From Bryobacterales bacterium (GTDB taxonomy: Bacteria; Acidobacteriota; Terriglobia; Bryobacterales; Bryobacteraceae): a DNA stretch of 64,000 nt. The notes under the pieces were generated by a model. The model was not told the origin of the DNA, ran no database searches, and saw nothing but the letters and a program-made list of their open reading frames with translations. Shown in pieces: positions 1 through 9,526 of the stretch. Every line of letters begins with the position of its first letter. The first letter of the stretch is position 1. The position numbers and the translations under genes are program-made. The stretch covers positions 20,140 to 84,139 of the forward strand of contig CAWAVY010000001.1 in NCBI GenBank assembly GCA_963785595.1, in the 5' to 3' direction.

Positions 1-1521
1 GGAACTGGAATTCAGGAAGCCGCTTGTGCAGGAACCGGCGCTGCAGAACAGCAATCCATTTTTTGCCTTCGACGCCGTAAAGGCGATATCGGGAACATCG
101 CGAAAGCCATCGTTCGGAACGCCTGTTCCGGTTTGCCAACTCGGCTTCGTCACTAAGACACTCACCCCGCCCCCGCCCGCCGCCTGGTTTGAATCGTCCC
201 ATACTGCCTCCGGGATGTACGACAAAGCCGAACCACCGGCGCCATTGTTCGATGAATTAAAGTAGGCTCCGCTGCCGGTCGCAGTGAATTCAGTGCCGCC
301 TATGCCAGTGACGTATTGCGACGAGGCCGGAAAATCGACCGCTACTCCCTGAGTGGCAATGGTTCCGGTGTCGCAATCAGCTGGTCCATCGTTTCCGGCC
401 GCCGCCACGACCGTCATACCCACTGCCGCCGCGTGAGCGAAGAGATTGTTCTCCGTCGTGAACTCGCCCGGGGACAGGTCAGGCTCGCATGAGCCATACG
501 AGATGCTGAGTATGGGCGCTACGTCATTGTCGATGGCATAAGCAATTGCATTCTCAACGCTGCTAGCGGTCACGAACAGGATGTTCGCGTTCTTCGCAAT
601 GGCGCCGGCCCACTCCAAATCCAAATCCGACTCCGCCTCGTCGTTGTTGCCGCCGGTTTGAAAGCCGGGATCTGTATCGCCCGGCGGCACCTGCACGGTA
701 GGATCCTTGGCGGTCAAGCCAGCGGCCGCGCGAAAGGCTTCGATATCGCTGAGTTGCACGTCGCTTTGCCCCACTACCGCGATCGAGTACGGTTGGCCGC
801 CGAGCGGACTCCCATCCAAGCCTGCGCCGTACAGCGGTTTCACATCGTAAATTTGCTCCCAATCGTCGGGCACTAAATACGTTGTTCCGGAGCTCGAGGT
901 GAAGTGCGGCTTCATAGAGAAGGTGTGCAAGCCGCGCACACTCTCCGCCACGCTTTCCAACGCTTTGGGCAATTGTGGATTGGTGGAATTGGCTAGGTGC
1001 GCCTGGCCGTTCAGCACGTACTTATGAATAGAAGTGTGAAATGCCGCTTGCGCTTGCGCTGCTGTTCCCGAGAAACTCACCCAGGCCCGGCTGCGCGCCG
1101 CTTGTACGTTCGAAAAGCCATTATTCTCGAGCCAGAGCGTTACCTTCTCAATATCGGCGGTGTTAAGGCCAAAGCGGTTCGCATATTGATCAGGCGTCAG
1201 AAACTTGCGGTATTGCGAAGAGCGGCGGTTTTGCTGCGCCGCCAGCAACTGATCCAGATCTGCCCGCTGCGCCGCAGTCAGCGTGAAATGCAAAGACATG
1301 CGGGGCATCGGTTGCGAACCGGGTACTTCGCCCAGATCCTGCGCCAAGCGCAAGGCAACCACCGGACGAGTGCCGCCACTCAGCTCGAAAGTTTGGCTTT
1401 CGTTTATGTTCGAATGAATACGCTTGGCGGCTTGGGAAGCGCCCAGCCCCGCTGACGGCTCTACTGAAAAAAGGAATGCAAATAAGGCCGAATGAAGAAG
1501 GACAACTTTGCTTATGGTCAA
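1..1521 (-). CDS. S53 (sedolisin / pro-kumamolisin) family serine peptidase; C-terminus lies outside the window
   Basis: The minus frame is open from TTG 1521 (stop at 1525-1527 just upstream) to the window edge. It is missing from the ORF track because its stop lies off-window. It has a signal-like N-terminus, a pro-kumamolisin activation region (RKFLTPDQYANRFGL) and sedolisin motifs: ESDLDLEW, SISYGSCE, AAAGNDG, GGGGVS..PSWQ and RDVPDIAF. Confidence 0.7.
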   Translation of the reverse strand, partial: MTISKVVLLHSALFAFLFSVEPSAGLGASQAAKRIHSNINESQTFELSGGTRPVVALRLAQDLGEVPGSQPMPRMSLHFTLTAAQRADLDQLLAAQQNRRSSQYRKFLTPDQYANRFGLNTADIEKVTLWLENNGFSNVQAARSRAWVSFSGTAAQAQAAFHTSIHKYVLNGQAHLANSTNPQLPKALESVAESVRGLHTFSMKPHFTSSSGTTYLVPDDWEQIYDVKPLYGAGLDGSPLGGQPYSIAVVGQSDVQLSDIEAFRAAAGLTAKDPTVQVPPGDTDPGFQTGGNNDEAESDLDLEWAGAIAKNANILFVTASSVENAIAYAIDNDVAPILSISYGSCEPDLSPGEFTTENNLFAHAAAVGMTVVAAAGNDGPADCDTGTIATQGVAVDFPASSQYVTGIGGTEFTATGSGAYFNSSNNGAGGSALSYIPEAVWDDSNQAAGGGGVSVLVTKPSWQTGTGVPNDGFRDVPDIAFTASKAKNGLLFCSAGSCTSGFLNSSS

Positions 1522-1587
1522 TTTCTATTGTATTCCCTCCTTACTGTTACGCGGTTCCGCCGGGGGCGGTTACCACGAATGTGCTAC

Positions 1588-2826
1588 TCATTCATACCGC
1601 AAGGCTTCGGCGGGTGAGATCTGCGAAGCCTTATAAGAAGGATGCAACGTAGCCAACAAGCTCATCAGGAGCGCCAGGCCGGTCACCCAGATTCCATCGG
1701 TCCAATGGCTCTGAAAGGGTACATAGCTTATCGCATAAATCTGTTCGTCGAGCTTAAGCCAGCGGTAGTGATTGAACAACGTGGTAATAGCATAACCGGC
1801 CACCAAACCGATCAGGCAGCCAACACCGCCAATGATCAGGCCTTCCAGGAGGAAGATGCGCTGAATATGCTGGCGCCGCGTGCCCATGGACATGAGAATG
1901 GCCACGTCGCGATGCTTCTCCATGACCAGCATCACCAGCACCGCCAGTATGTTGAGCGCGGCCACCAATTCAATCAGGCTCACGGTAATGAGGCTGACTG
2001 TTTTTTCAAGCTTCAGCGCGTTGAGGAGGGAACGGTTCTGATCCATCCAGGTGGATGCAGTCAGCTTCGATCCGGCCATTGTCTCGGCGGCCCGCGCAAC
2101 TTCCGGCGCTTCGAAAATGTTATCCAGCCGCAGCTCGATGGTGTTGACCACATCCTGCAAATCGAGCACGCGCTGAGCGACGGGCAGGGAAGTGAAGGCC
2201 CAGGCCGAATCCAGATCATACAAACCCGATTCGAAGATGCCCGCCACCCGGAAGTGAAATAGACTCGGCACTACACCCATAGGCGTCAACTCGCCCTGGT
2301 AGCTGATGAGTGTCACCGGGCTGTTCACCTGGATGCCAGTCTGTTCCGCCAGGCGCGAGCCAACCACAATATAATATTCGTGATTGGAAACCGGCTGGTC
2401 GAAAGGTGCCAGCGACCCGGCTTTTAAATGACGCAGCATTTCGGGAATGGGCGCACCCTCGCCAAGCGGCACGCCTTTCAGTATGGTGTTGCTGCCTACT
2501 AAGGGTCCTTTCAGCGCCACTTGGCCGTAGAGGCCGGGCGTGGCGCTCACCACATGCGGAATTCGAATCAGCTTGGGCATCAAGAACTGCCATCCTTCGA
2601 TTCCGTATTCGGGGTTGCGCTCGAGAATATTGACGTGCGCGGTAGCGCTGAGAAGGCTGGCTTCAAGAGTGCTCTGGAACCCGTTGTTAATGGCCAGCAC
2701 AATGATGAGCGCAGCCACCCCGGCCGCCACGCCGATAATCGAAACCACGGTAATCACCGAGATTGCCGTCTGCTTCCGTTTCGCGCGCAGGTAGCGCAGT
2801 GCGACCATCCATTCAAAGCGCGACAT
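1588..2826 (-). CDS. LolC/LolE-type (FtsX/MacB-like) ABC transporter permease
   Basis: 412 aa. The N-terminus MSRFEWMVALRYLRAKRK plus a first TM helix, a large periplasmic loop and a C-terminal FtsX-type 3-TM bundle match lipoprotein-release-type permeases. Confidence 0.85.
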   Translation of the reverse strand: MSRFEWMVALRYLRAKRKQTAISVITVVSIIGVAAGVAALIIVLAINNGFQSTLEASLLSATAHVNILERNPEYGIEGWQFLMPKLIRIPHVVSATPGLYGQVALKGPLVGSNTILKGVPLGEGAPIPEMLRHLKAGSLAPFDQPVSNHEYYIVVGSRLAEQTGIQVNSPVTLISYQGELTPMGVVPSLFHFRVAGIFESGLYDLDSAWAFTSLPVAQRVLDLQDVVNTIELRLDNIFEAPEVARAAETMAGSKLTASTWMDQNRSLLNALKLEKTVSLITVSLIELVAALNILAVLVMLVMEKHRDVAILMSMGTRRQHIQRIFLLEGLIIGGVGCLIGLVAGYAITTLFNHYRWLKLDEQIYAISYVPFQSHWTDGIWVTGLALLMSLLATLHPSYKASQISPAEALRYE

Positions 2827-2836
2827 TACGACTGAA

Positions 2837-4360
2837 TCACGAGTTGTCCAGCTCGCGCGGCTTATCCAACTCGCGAAGCTTGGCGGCCAGGCCGATTTCG
2901 CCTTCCGGCCGCAAGAGTGGAAACAGAATCACGTCGCGGATGGATCTGGAGTCGGTGAGGATCATGGTGAGCCGGTCAATACCGATCCCTTCACCACCCG
3001 CCGGGGGCATGCCGTAGCTGAGCGCGCGCACGTAGTCTTCGTCCATCATGTGAGCTTCTTCGTCGCCGCCTTCTTTGCGGGCCAGTTGTTGGTCAAAGCG
3101 CCGGCGCTGTTCCTGCGGATCGTTGAGCTCCGTGAAAGCGTTGGCGATCTCAAACCCCGCCGCATAGATTTCAAAACGCTCCGTAAAGGCCGGCTCGTCG
3201 GCCTTGTTCTTGGATAGCGGCGACACTTCCACCGGGAAGTCGTAGATAATCGTCGGCTGAAACAGATGCTCTTCCGCATGGCGCTCAAATAGGTTCACCA
3301 GAGCCATCCCAGGGGTGCTCTCACGCGAATGGCTCAGTAACCATTCGGGATCTTTGACGTTGTCCGGCGAAGGCTTGTCCGGCCCCTGCCAGAATTCGAT
3401 GACCGCTTCGCGCATGGAAAATTCGCGGATGTTCGCGAAGTCAACCATATGCCCTTGATAGCTGGCCTGCGCTTTGCCGGTGGCATCCAGCGCGGCTTGC
3501 TCGAGCAGCTCCTTCGAGAGTTTCATCATGCCCCGGTAATCCGTATATGCCTGATAGAACTCAAGCATGGTGAACTCGGGATTGTGGCGCACCGAAATGC
3601 CTTCATTGCGAAAATTGCGATTGATCTCGTAAACCCGCTCGAGCCCACCCACTACCAGCCGTTTGAGATACAACTCGGGTGCGATGCGCAAATATAGGTC
3701 GATATCCAGCGCATTGTGATGTGTCTTGAATGGGCGCGCCGCCGCGCCGCCATAAAGCGGCTGCATCATGGGCGTTTCTACTTCCAGAAAGCCGCGCGAA
3801 TCCAATTGGCGCCGCAGCGACGAGACGATTTTGGCACGCGTCACGAAGACCTTTCGCACCTCGCTGTTCGCAATCAGGTCAAGGTAGCGCTGACGGTAGC
3901 GGGTTTCCACGTCTTCCAGCCCATGCCACTTTTCGGGCAGCGCCAGCATAATCTTCGAAAGGAACGTGAGATCGTCAACGTGGATGCTGAGTTCGCCTGT
4001 TTTGGTGCGAAAGAGATAGCCATCGACGCCGATGATATCCCCGATATCCAGCAGCTCATACAACTGGTATGCGGTCTCACTCAGCGCATCTTTCTTAACG
4101 TAAATTTGCAGCTTCTCACCATTTTGCAGCAGATGGAGAAAGCCGGCCTTGCCCATGCGGCGCACCGTCAGAATGCGCCCGGCTACCCGCACTTCGACTT
4201 TCCCGGCCAGTTCGTCGACCGTTTTAGAACCGTAGCTTTCTAAAATTTGGGGAATTGTGTGGCTGAAATCAAACGCCTTTCCATACGGATCGAACCCTAA
4301 CGCGCGAATTTGCGCCAGGCGTTCCTGGCGCTGGCGCAACAGCTCATCTTCTAATGCCAA
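2837..4360 (-). CDS. lysS: Lysine--tRNA ligase, class II
   Basis: 507 aa. It has an N-terminal OB anticodon-binding domain and a class II core ([40 protein letters not shown]). TTG start with a GAGGAG RBS 8 nt upstream. Confidence 0.95.
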   Translation of the reverse strand: MALEDELLRQRQERLAQIRALGFDPYGKAFDFSHTIPQILESYGSKTVDELAGKVEVRVAGRILTVRRMGKAGFLHLLQNGEKLQIYVKKDALSETAYQLYELLDIGDIIGVDGYLFRTKTGELSIHVDDLTFLSKIMLALPEKWHGLEDVETRYRQRYLDLIANSEVRKVFVTRAKIVSSLRRQLDSRGFLEVETPMMQPLYGGAAARPFKTHHNALDIDLYLRIAPELYLKRLVVGGLERVYEINRNFRNEGISVRHNPEFTMLEFYQAYTDYRGMMKLSKELLEQAALDATGKAQASYQGHMVDFANIREFSMREAVIEFWQGPDKPSPDNVKDPEWLLSHSRESTPGMALVNLFERHAEEHLFQPTIIYDFPVEVSPLSKNKADEPAFTERFEIYAAGFEIANAFTELNDPQEQRRRFDQQLARKEGGDEEAHMMDEDYVRALSYGMPPAGGEGIGIDRLTMILTDSRSIRDVILFPLLRPEGEIGLAAKLRELDKPRELDNS

Positions 4361-4465
4361 CCTGGAGGCTCCTCGAATCTATATTGTAGATGGGGCTGGA
4401 AACCTGCCCGGGAGGGCGCGCGAATGCACGGGACGCTCCCTGGCGGTCGCGGTTCCGAAACGGGG

Positions 4466-4742
4466 TTGAAATAACGAAGCCAATGTGGTTGCCGTGCCAA
4501 AACCGCGGGACTTCCGCGGAGGAGTGAAAAAACGAACCCAATGGTGGGGGACGACGATATTCGGGTCGGTCAGGCTTTCTTGAAATAACGAAGCCAGTCC
4601 ATTGGCTGTTTCCAACGCCAATAGGGAATTGAAAATTCGAAGCCAATAACGATTGGGATCTGCGAGGTGGGGCGATTTGAAAAAACGAACCCAATGGGGA
4701 ACGCACCCGACATATATTCGGTTTTGAAAGATCGAAGCCGGC
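4466..4742. repeat. Six degenerate direct repeats with a 19-bp core, TTGAAAWAACGAASCCAAT, at a 47-58 bp period
   Basis: Cores lie at 4466-4484, 4524-4542, 4580-4598, 4629-4647, 4677-4695 and 4724-4742. Copies 1 and 3 differ at 1 of 19 positions, as do copies 2 and 5. The spacers are not conserved. Confidence 0.85.
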
Positions 4743-4995
4743 GATTCCGGGCCTTGGCGGACGGGGCGCGATCCAGAATAGGGAAGACGCCTGGCGACAA
4801 ACCGCTCAAACTGGCTTGAATTTAGCGCGAGGCCAGTTTCGGTGTGGTAAAGATTGGTGGGGCAAAGGGAGATAGCTCTTCTGTTTTCAGTGGGTTAACG
4901 GCTGAAAAATAAACGTCAACGGTTGTGACTCACTCAGGAGCAGGTCGAAGGAGAGGCGTAGGAACTTTCCTTTTATCCATAACTCTTCTTGTCCA

Positions 4996-5172
4996 TTAGT
5001 TTGGCGATTTCGACATCCATCGCGCCGAGTTTTCGACGATGGTGCAGAGGTGCCCGCGGATCTCGCGGATATCCTCGAGTACGCCGGACAGAGTGAACAT
5101 ACTCACTACGAGGCTGGCAATGACGGTGAGGCAGGGCAGGCCGACGGCGAAATACAATTGCTTATCGGTCAT
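4996..5172 (-). CDS. Small hypothetical single-TM protein (58 aa)
   Basis: The internal ATG at 5172 has a GGAG RBS 8 nt upstream. There is one hydrophobic helix (YFAVGLPCLTVIASLVVSMFTL). I recognise no family. Confidence 0.35.
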   Translation of the reverse strand: MTDKQLYFAVGLPCLTVIASLVVSMFTLSGVLEDIREIRGHLCTIVENSARWMSKSPN

Positions 5173-5303
5173 CGGGTGTTCTCCTCGTGCCGGCTTGTCC
5201 AAAAGGGGGCTTGCCTCGCCGCGAAGCTTGGCAACTTGAGCTTTGGTGTCTTTTCTGTAAGCGCCATTAGGCCTCAGTCCCCTTCTATGATAAATCCTCG
5301 GAT

Positions 5304-5942
5304 TCAGCGCCTGACGAGCACTTCGCGCAAGTTGTCTCGGGTCAAAAAGAACTTCACCGACGAGGCGCCTTCGAAAAGTTTTTCGATGCTCCGATTGTTG
5401 AAATTCTGCACCCTCTGCGGCGCGCCGCGGGGAATCTGCAGTAAGGTTTTCGCGGCTTGAATCCGGTAGCTGTACAGGGGAATCTCTTTAATTTTTTCGT
5501 TGGCGTTGAAGAACGCCAGAATCAATCCACCGGGCCTCATCAAGCGCAGCAAGCGTTCGACGGTTCGATCAATGAGCGGAGGCGCCAGAAATTGCAACGC
5601 GTCCCAAACCAAAGCGCCATCGAAAGACTCGGCGGGAAAGGTGAGCGTCTGCTCGAGGAAACGGGCGGCCTTGGCCTCAGTTAGCTGGTTTTCGGCGAAA
5701 TTGTCGCCGAATGCCTGCATCATGGCAGCAATCATATCGTCCGACGAAATACGATTTCCCGCTTCTGTAATGAATGTTATATTCGCTTGACTGGCCCCCG
5801 CCAAATCCAGCACGGAAAGCCCCTCGCAGCCCCGCAGCGCGCTATGGAACTGATCGAAGCCGCTACTCTGCCGTGTTAGTGTCGGCCCAAAGTTTGAAGG
5901 AGCGGTTTTGAGAGATGTTTCTTTAGGAGCGGCAAATTTCAT
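5304..5942 (-). CDS. Class I SAM-dependent methyltransferase-like protein (degenerate motif I)
   Basis: 212 aa. VLDLAGAS sits where motif I (VLDLGCG) would be, and LLRLMRPGGLILAFF is a typical post-motif II/III strand. Confidence 0.5.
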   Translation of the reverse strand: MKFAAPKETSLKTAPSNFGPTLTRQSSGFDQFHSALRGCEGLSVLDLAGASQANITFITEAGNRISSDDMIAAMMQAFGDNFAENQLTEAKAARFLEQTLTFPAESFDGALVWDALQFLAPPLIDRTVERLLRLMRPGGLILAFFNANEKIKEIPLYSYRIQAAKTLLQIPRGAPQRVQNFNNRSIEKLFEGASSVKFFLTRDNLREVLVRR

Positions 5943-6096
5943 AAAGGCCCGTTAAACGGAGTACGGTCGCGCAGCCGATCACCCCGCTTTTGCACGAGTT
6001 CCTTCATGCGCCTAGGAGAGACCGGCTCGTAGCCTGGCGACTGATTAGCCACGCCTGATGTCACACCTGTGGCCTCTCCCTCGGCTGATGGTCTGC

Positions 6097-6666
6097 CTAG
6101 CGGCTCGGAGTACCGGCTTGGCTGGTGGCGGCCGCCACAGCGGGTTGCGCCGCTGCCGCCGCCGTGGCCGCTGGCTGGGCTTGCGCGCGGTTGGCGGGCT
6201 TAGATATGTCAATGCTCCCCTTGAAGTAAGCTCCATCCTCTATTACGATGCGGCTTGTCTTGATGTCTCCGACAAGTTTCGCCTCTTTTTTAATGTCGAT
6301 CTTGTCAGTAGCATCGACGTTACCCTGTATAGAACCCTGAATAATAATTTCACGGGCCTTTAACCCAGCCTGTACCCTAGCGTTGGGTCCAATGGTGAGC
6401 CGATGCTCGTGGCATTCCACGGTACCTTCGACCTCACCGTCAATTGTCAGATCTTCGCGAGCGAAAATCTGCCCTTTTACCGTTACGTTCTTCCCCAGAG
6501 CGGCGGATCCGCCACTGCGTGAAGGCGTCAAGGGTTCAGGTTCGAATGTCCTACTTGGCGATGACATGGTTGTCTCTTTCCTCTGTGGTTCCACCGCGGT
6601 TGCCGGCGGGATTGCCGATGCTGGCCGCTGTGGCAGTTCGTCTTCTTTTCGGTTGCTCCACTTCAA
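6097..6666 (-). CDS. Bactofilin (polymer-forming cytoskeletal protein) with Ala/Pro-rich tail
   Basis: The beta-helical repeat region VKGQIFAREDLTIDGEVEGTVEC..LTIGPNARVQAGLKAREIIIQGSIQGNVDATDKIDIKKEAKLVGDIKTSRIVIEDGAYFKGSIDI is a typical DUF583/bactofilin core. Confidence 0.85.
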   Translation of the reverse strand: MKWSNRKEDELPQRPASAIPPATAVEPQRKETTMSSPSRTFEPEPLTPSRSGGSAALGKNVTVKGQIFAREDLTIDGEVEGTVECHEHRLTIGPNARVQAGLKAREIIIQGSIQGNVDATDKIDIKKEAKLVGDIKTSRIVIEDGAYFKGSIDISKPANRAQAQPAATAAAAAQPAVAAATSQAGTPSR

Positions 6667-6810
6667 AGGTTTTCTCCTTAGGAATGCTCCAATTCATGGT
6701 ACTACTCCCGGCTATGCCTACATGAATTAAAGTGGCTGCCCACAAAATTCCTCTTGCTTTTTTGAATTGACAAAACTAAAAAGCTTACTTCTCTGGGATA
6801 ATAGCCAAAG

Positions 6811-7362
6811 GTGTCCAAGGCAAAGGATCTGGAAACTCGTTTAGCGCGCGCTGAACAGCAACTGCGTCTGTTTCAGCGTGTTAGCCGTCTAATGACCCGC
6901 GATTTAGAACTGGACGATGTGCTGCAGGAGATCGTAAGCCTGGTTAAGGATTTTCTGACTTGCGATTCCTGTCTCATTTACTTAGTGGAAGACGGCGAAT
7001 TGGTGCTTTTTGCCTCGAGCGACCAAAACCGCAAGACGATTGGCAATGTCCGCCTGCGGCTCAGTGAAGGTTTGACCGGCTGGGTGGCCCGCGAGCGCCG
7101 TCTGTTAGCTATCTCACGCGAGGCTTATAGCGATCCGCGCTTCAAATACTTCAAAGATCTACCCCAGGATACCTTCGAAGCGTTCTTATCGGTACCTATC
7201 ATTTCGCAAAACAAAGTGGTGGGCGTGATTAACGTGCAACACCGCGAACCTCGCATTCATACCGGCGGCGATATGGAGATGTTGAGTACGCTGGGCGAGC
7301 AGGTAGGCTGCCTGCTCGTGCTCTCCCGGCAGAAACAGCAAGCGCCCACCAGCGTCGCTTAA
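6811..7362 (+). CDS. GAF domain-containing protein
   Basis: 183 aa, GTG start. It has a coiled N-terminus followed by a GAF core (CLIYLVEDGELVLFAS..LTGWVARERRLLAI..FLSVPIISQNKVVGVINVQH). Confidence 0.8.
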   Translation: MSKAKDLETRLARAEQQLRLFQRVSRLMTRDLELDDVLQEIVSLVKDFLTCDSCLIYLVEDGELVLFASSDQNRKTIGNVRLRLSEGLTGWVARERRLLAISREAYSDPRFKYFKDLPQDTFEAFLSVPIISQNKVVGVINVQHREPRIHTGGDMEMLSTLGEQVGCLLVLSRQKQQAPTSVA

Positions 7363-7805
7363 GACTGCTGTGGTGGACTGGGCTCTGAAACGGCTTTCTC
7401 GCCGCCACTCGGCACGGCGCCTTCATGCTCTAGGTTCAACTCGTCCAGTTCCACCGGCTCCTCCTGATACTCGGGCGATCTTGGGCGGAAGCTGATAAAG
7501 TTGAGCCGGCAGCGGGAACAGCGGTGTTTCTGCGCGCCCATCGCCGTCAAAACCTGTGCCCACAAGCTGTTGCGGTAATGGCGTTTGGGCCAGTTGGTCA
7601 AATTGAGATTCAGGCAGCGCGGGCATTTGGCCCACTTCCAAACGGAAAAGAGCCAAACGCTGGCCCAGAAGCGGTCGTTGCAGGAATTGCAGCGGAAAGG
7701 ATAGACGCCCATCATCATTCTCGTCATATCCTTCGTGCTGGCGCGGCGCGACCGGCGCACCGACGACGAGCCGCATTTGGGGCAGGCGATTGCTGCTTCG
7801 CTCAT
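7359..7805 (-). CDS. Cys-rich zinc-ribbon protein (four CxxC pairs), hypothetical
   Basis: The pairs are CPKCGSS, CNSCNDRF, CPRCLNL and CSRCRLNF. I chose the ATG at 7805 because it forms an ATGA stop/start overlap with the upstream aminotransferase. The longer track ORF would overlap that gene by 58 bp. Confidence 0.55.
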   Translation of the reverse strand: MSEAAIACPKCGSSSVRRSRRASTKDMTRMMMGVYPFRCNSCNDRFWASVWLFSVWKWAKCPRCLNLNLTNWPKRHYRNSLWAQVLTAMGAQKHRCSRCRLNFISFRPRSPEYQEEPVELDELNLEHEGAVPSGGEKAVSEPSPPQQS

Positions 7806-8680
7806 ACCGCAAACATCTCGTTTTTGCGCGCGTGCTCCGCGACATAAGCGGAGCGCCATCCCCGAAAGGCGTCGAGCAAACGATTGAGAGTTTCCGGCGC
7901 CTGCCGCAACGGCCGCCGATCAACGGAAAGGACGGGCAGACAATCGCGCGTGGTGGAGGAAATGAATACTCCGTCTGCTCCTTCCAGCGCCTGTGGAGTG
8001 ATCGTCTCCTCGCGAATGTGCAACCCGGGCAGCCGAATTTCTTCCAGCAAGATCGCGCGCGTTACGCCTGGCAGGCAGCCGGATGTGGCCAGGGGCGGCG
8101 TCAAGATATCGCCGCCTCTTATGATGAACACGTTTGCCGAGGTACATTCGGAAACCTGGCCGTGCTCATTTAACAGCAAAACCTCGTCGTAGCCGTTCTG
8201 ATGAGCCTGTTCGTTCCACGTCAGGTTTTGCGCCCAGGAGGTGATTTTCAGGCCGGAAAAAGGGCTGGCGCCGTGACGGCCGTTGGGCACATAGTTCAGG
8301 TGGACACCCTCACCCCATTGGGTGAGATCCGCTGTAAAAGCGATCAGGTCGGCGTCGGAGGAAATTTGCGGCGCCTCAAAGAGACCCCCTTTGTTGCGGA
8401 CGATGGCTACGCGAAGCGTTGCGTTGAAAGCGTGATTGGCGTCAATCAAACTCAGCAATGATTTGCGCAGCGCATCGCCGGTGGGGGTGAACGGGATGTG
8501 CATCAGGGCGGCGTCGCGCTGCATGCGGGCGTAGTGGCGTGAATAGGCGAACAGAACTCCGTCGGAAATCCGGAGCGTGCTGAAAACTCCCCAACCATTC
8601 ATAAAGCCCACTTGGCCTGGGGATAAGATAGCATCCCGAACATCTCGGATCTCGCCGTTATGGAGTAGATAGCGGTGCAT
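7802..8680 (-). CDS. Aminotransferase class IV (branched-chain / D-amino-acid aminotransferase or ADC lyase family)
   Basis: 292 aa fold-type IV PLP enzyme. Supporting motifs are GWGVFSTLR, EVLLLNEHGQVSECTSANVF and PGVTR. I cannot assign a subfamily. Confidence 0.85.
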   Translation of the reverse strand: MHRYLLHNGEIRDVRDAILSPGQVGFMNGWGVFSTLRISDGVLFAYSRHYARMQRDAALMHIPFTPTGDALRKSLLSLIDANHAFNATLRVAIVRNKGGLFEAPQISSDADLIAFTADLTQWGEGVHLNYVPNGRHGASPFSGLKITSWAQNLTWNEQAHQNGYDEVLLLNEHGQVSECTSANVFIIRGGDILTPPLATSGCLPGVTRAILLEEIRLPGLHIREETITPQALEGADGVFISSTTRDCLPVLSVDRRPLRQAPETLNRLLDAFRGWRSAYVAEHARKNEMFAV

Positions 8681-8781
8681 TAACCTGTATCTTATCGGAA
8701 TTGCCGGCGGTGCAGTGCTTTCGTTTATTTCCAGTGCCGGAATGCAGACGAAACGCAGGCGAAACCAGCTGCGCCACCAGG

Positions 8782-9219
8782 CTAACTTGCCGGTAAGAAT
8801 GTATAACGGTTCACGGCCCAGAAGCCGAACGAAAGCTTCTGGGCCGATACCTCAGGGGCGTCGATCACCTTTACCACTTCAGCGGTGACAGCCGCCGCCC
8901 CACGCCAAAACAGCAGGAGCTTGGCGGGCAGCATCACCTTGAAGAGCATGCCGTCCACGAAAACCATGGCCACCTGCAGGTCGTTCGTCTCCACCCGCGT
9001 GAAGTGGCGTTCGGCCACATCCGGGCGTTCTTTCGCCAGATAGTCGGCCCAGGCGCTCTGGAAGACGAGGTCGCCGACATTGTGCTTCTCAACGTCCAGA
9101 GACACGCCGGGCAGGGTGAGTAAGCGGTACTCGCCGGGCGCGAGAATTCCGCCGAAGCGGCCGTTCTTTGAAATCAGCGCGCGCTCCTGCTCACCAACTG
9201 TAATTCGCTTCCATAACAT
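8782..9219 (-). CDS. Hypothetical protein resembling the N-terminal region of slipin/SPFH-type proteins
   Basis: There is a strong AGGAGG RBS. ITVGEQERALISKNGRFGGILAPGEYRL resembles the start of SPFH/band-7-associated proteins, but the ORF is only 145 aa and lacks the band-7 core. Confidence 0.4.
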   Translation of the reverse strand: MLWKRITVGEQERALISKNGRFGGILAPGEYRLLTLPGVSLDVEKHNVGDLVFQSAWADYLAKERPDVAERHFTRVETNDLQVAMVFVDGMLFKVMLPAKLLLFWRGAAAVTAEVVKVIDAPEVSAQKLSFGFWAVNRYTFLPAS

Positions 9220-9526
9220 AGTGGGCCTCCTACTTACTTCGTTTCACTTACAGGGGTTATGAGTTGGCACGATCCCGATTTCGCGTTTTGCCGGTTCGAA
9301 TGAACGGGAAAAAAAGCGCGCAAGTCGCGACCGGAACCGGATGATTGTGTCTTTTGCTCTATTGCTGAGCTAGATCGTTAGAGCGGAAGATCAGTCGCAT
9401 GCCGGTGTATGAGACTTCATTCGAAGCCGCACCGGTGAGGGTTTGGAGCCTCAGCCATAGACATGTGATTGACATCAGAGTGAATACCTTCCGAGTCTCC
9501 ACTCTAACCGGAAGTTACTTTGTAAG

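Noticed and set aside
4344-4706. 120-aa minus ORF with repeated PLGSFF / GFVIS peptides
   Set aside because: The repeated peptides are only the translation of the DNA direct repeats. The ORF overlaps the lysS start and has no RBS or family resemblance.
4466-4742. Possible CRISPR array
   Set aside because: The repeat cores are only 19 bp and imperfect, the period is irregular (47-58 bp), and the window has no cas genes.
4391-4861. tmRNA/tRNA-like ends (GGGGCTGG at 4391; GCCCCACCA on the minus strand at 4853-4861)
   Set aside because: I found no matching acceptor-stem partner, no GGTTCGAnTCC T-loop, no tag reading frame with proper context, and no cloverleaf that could be folded by eye.
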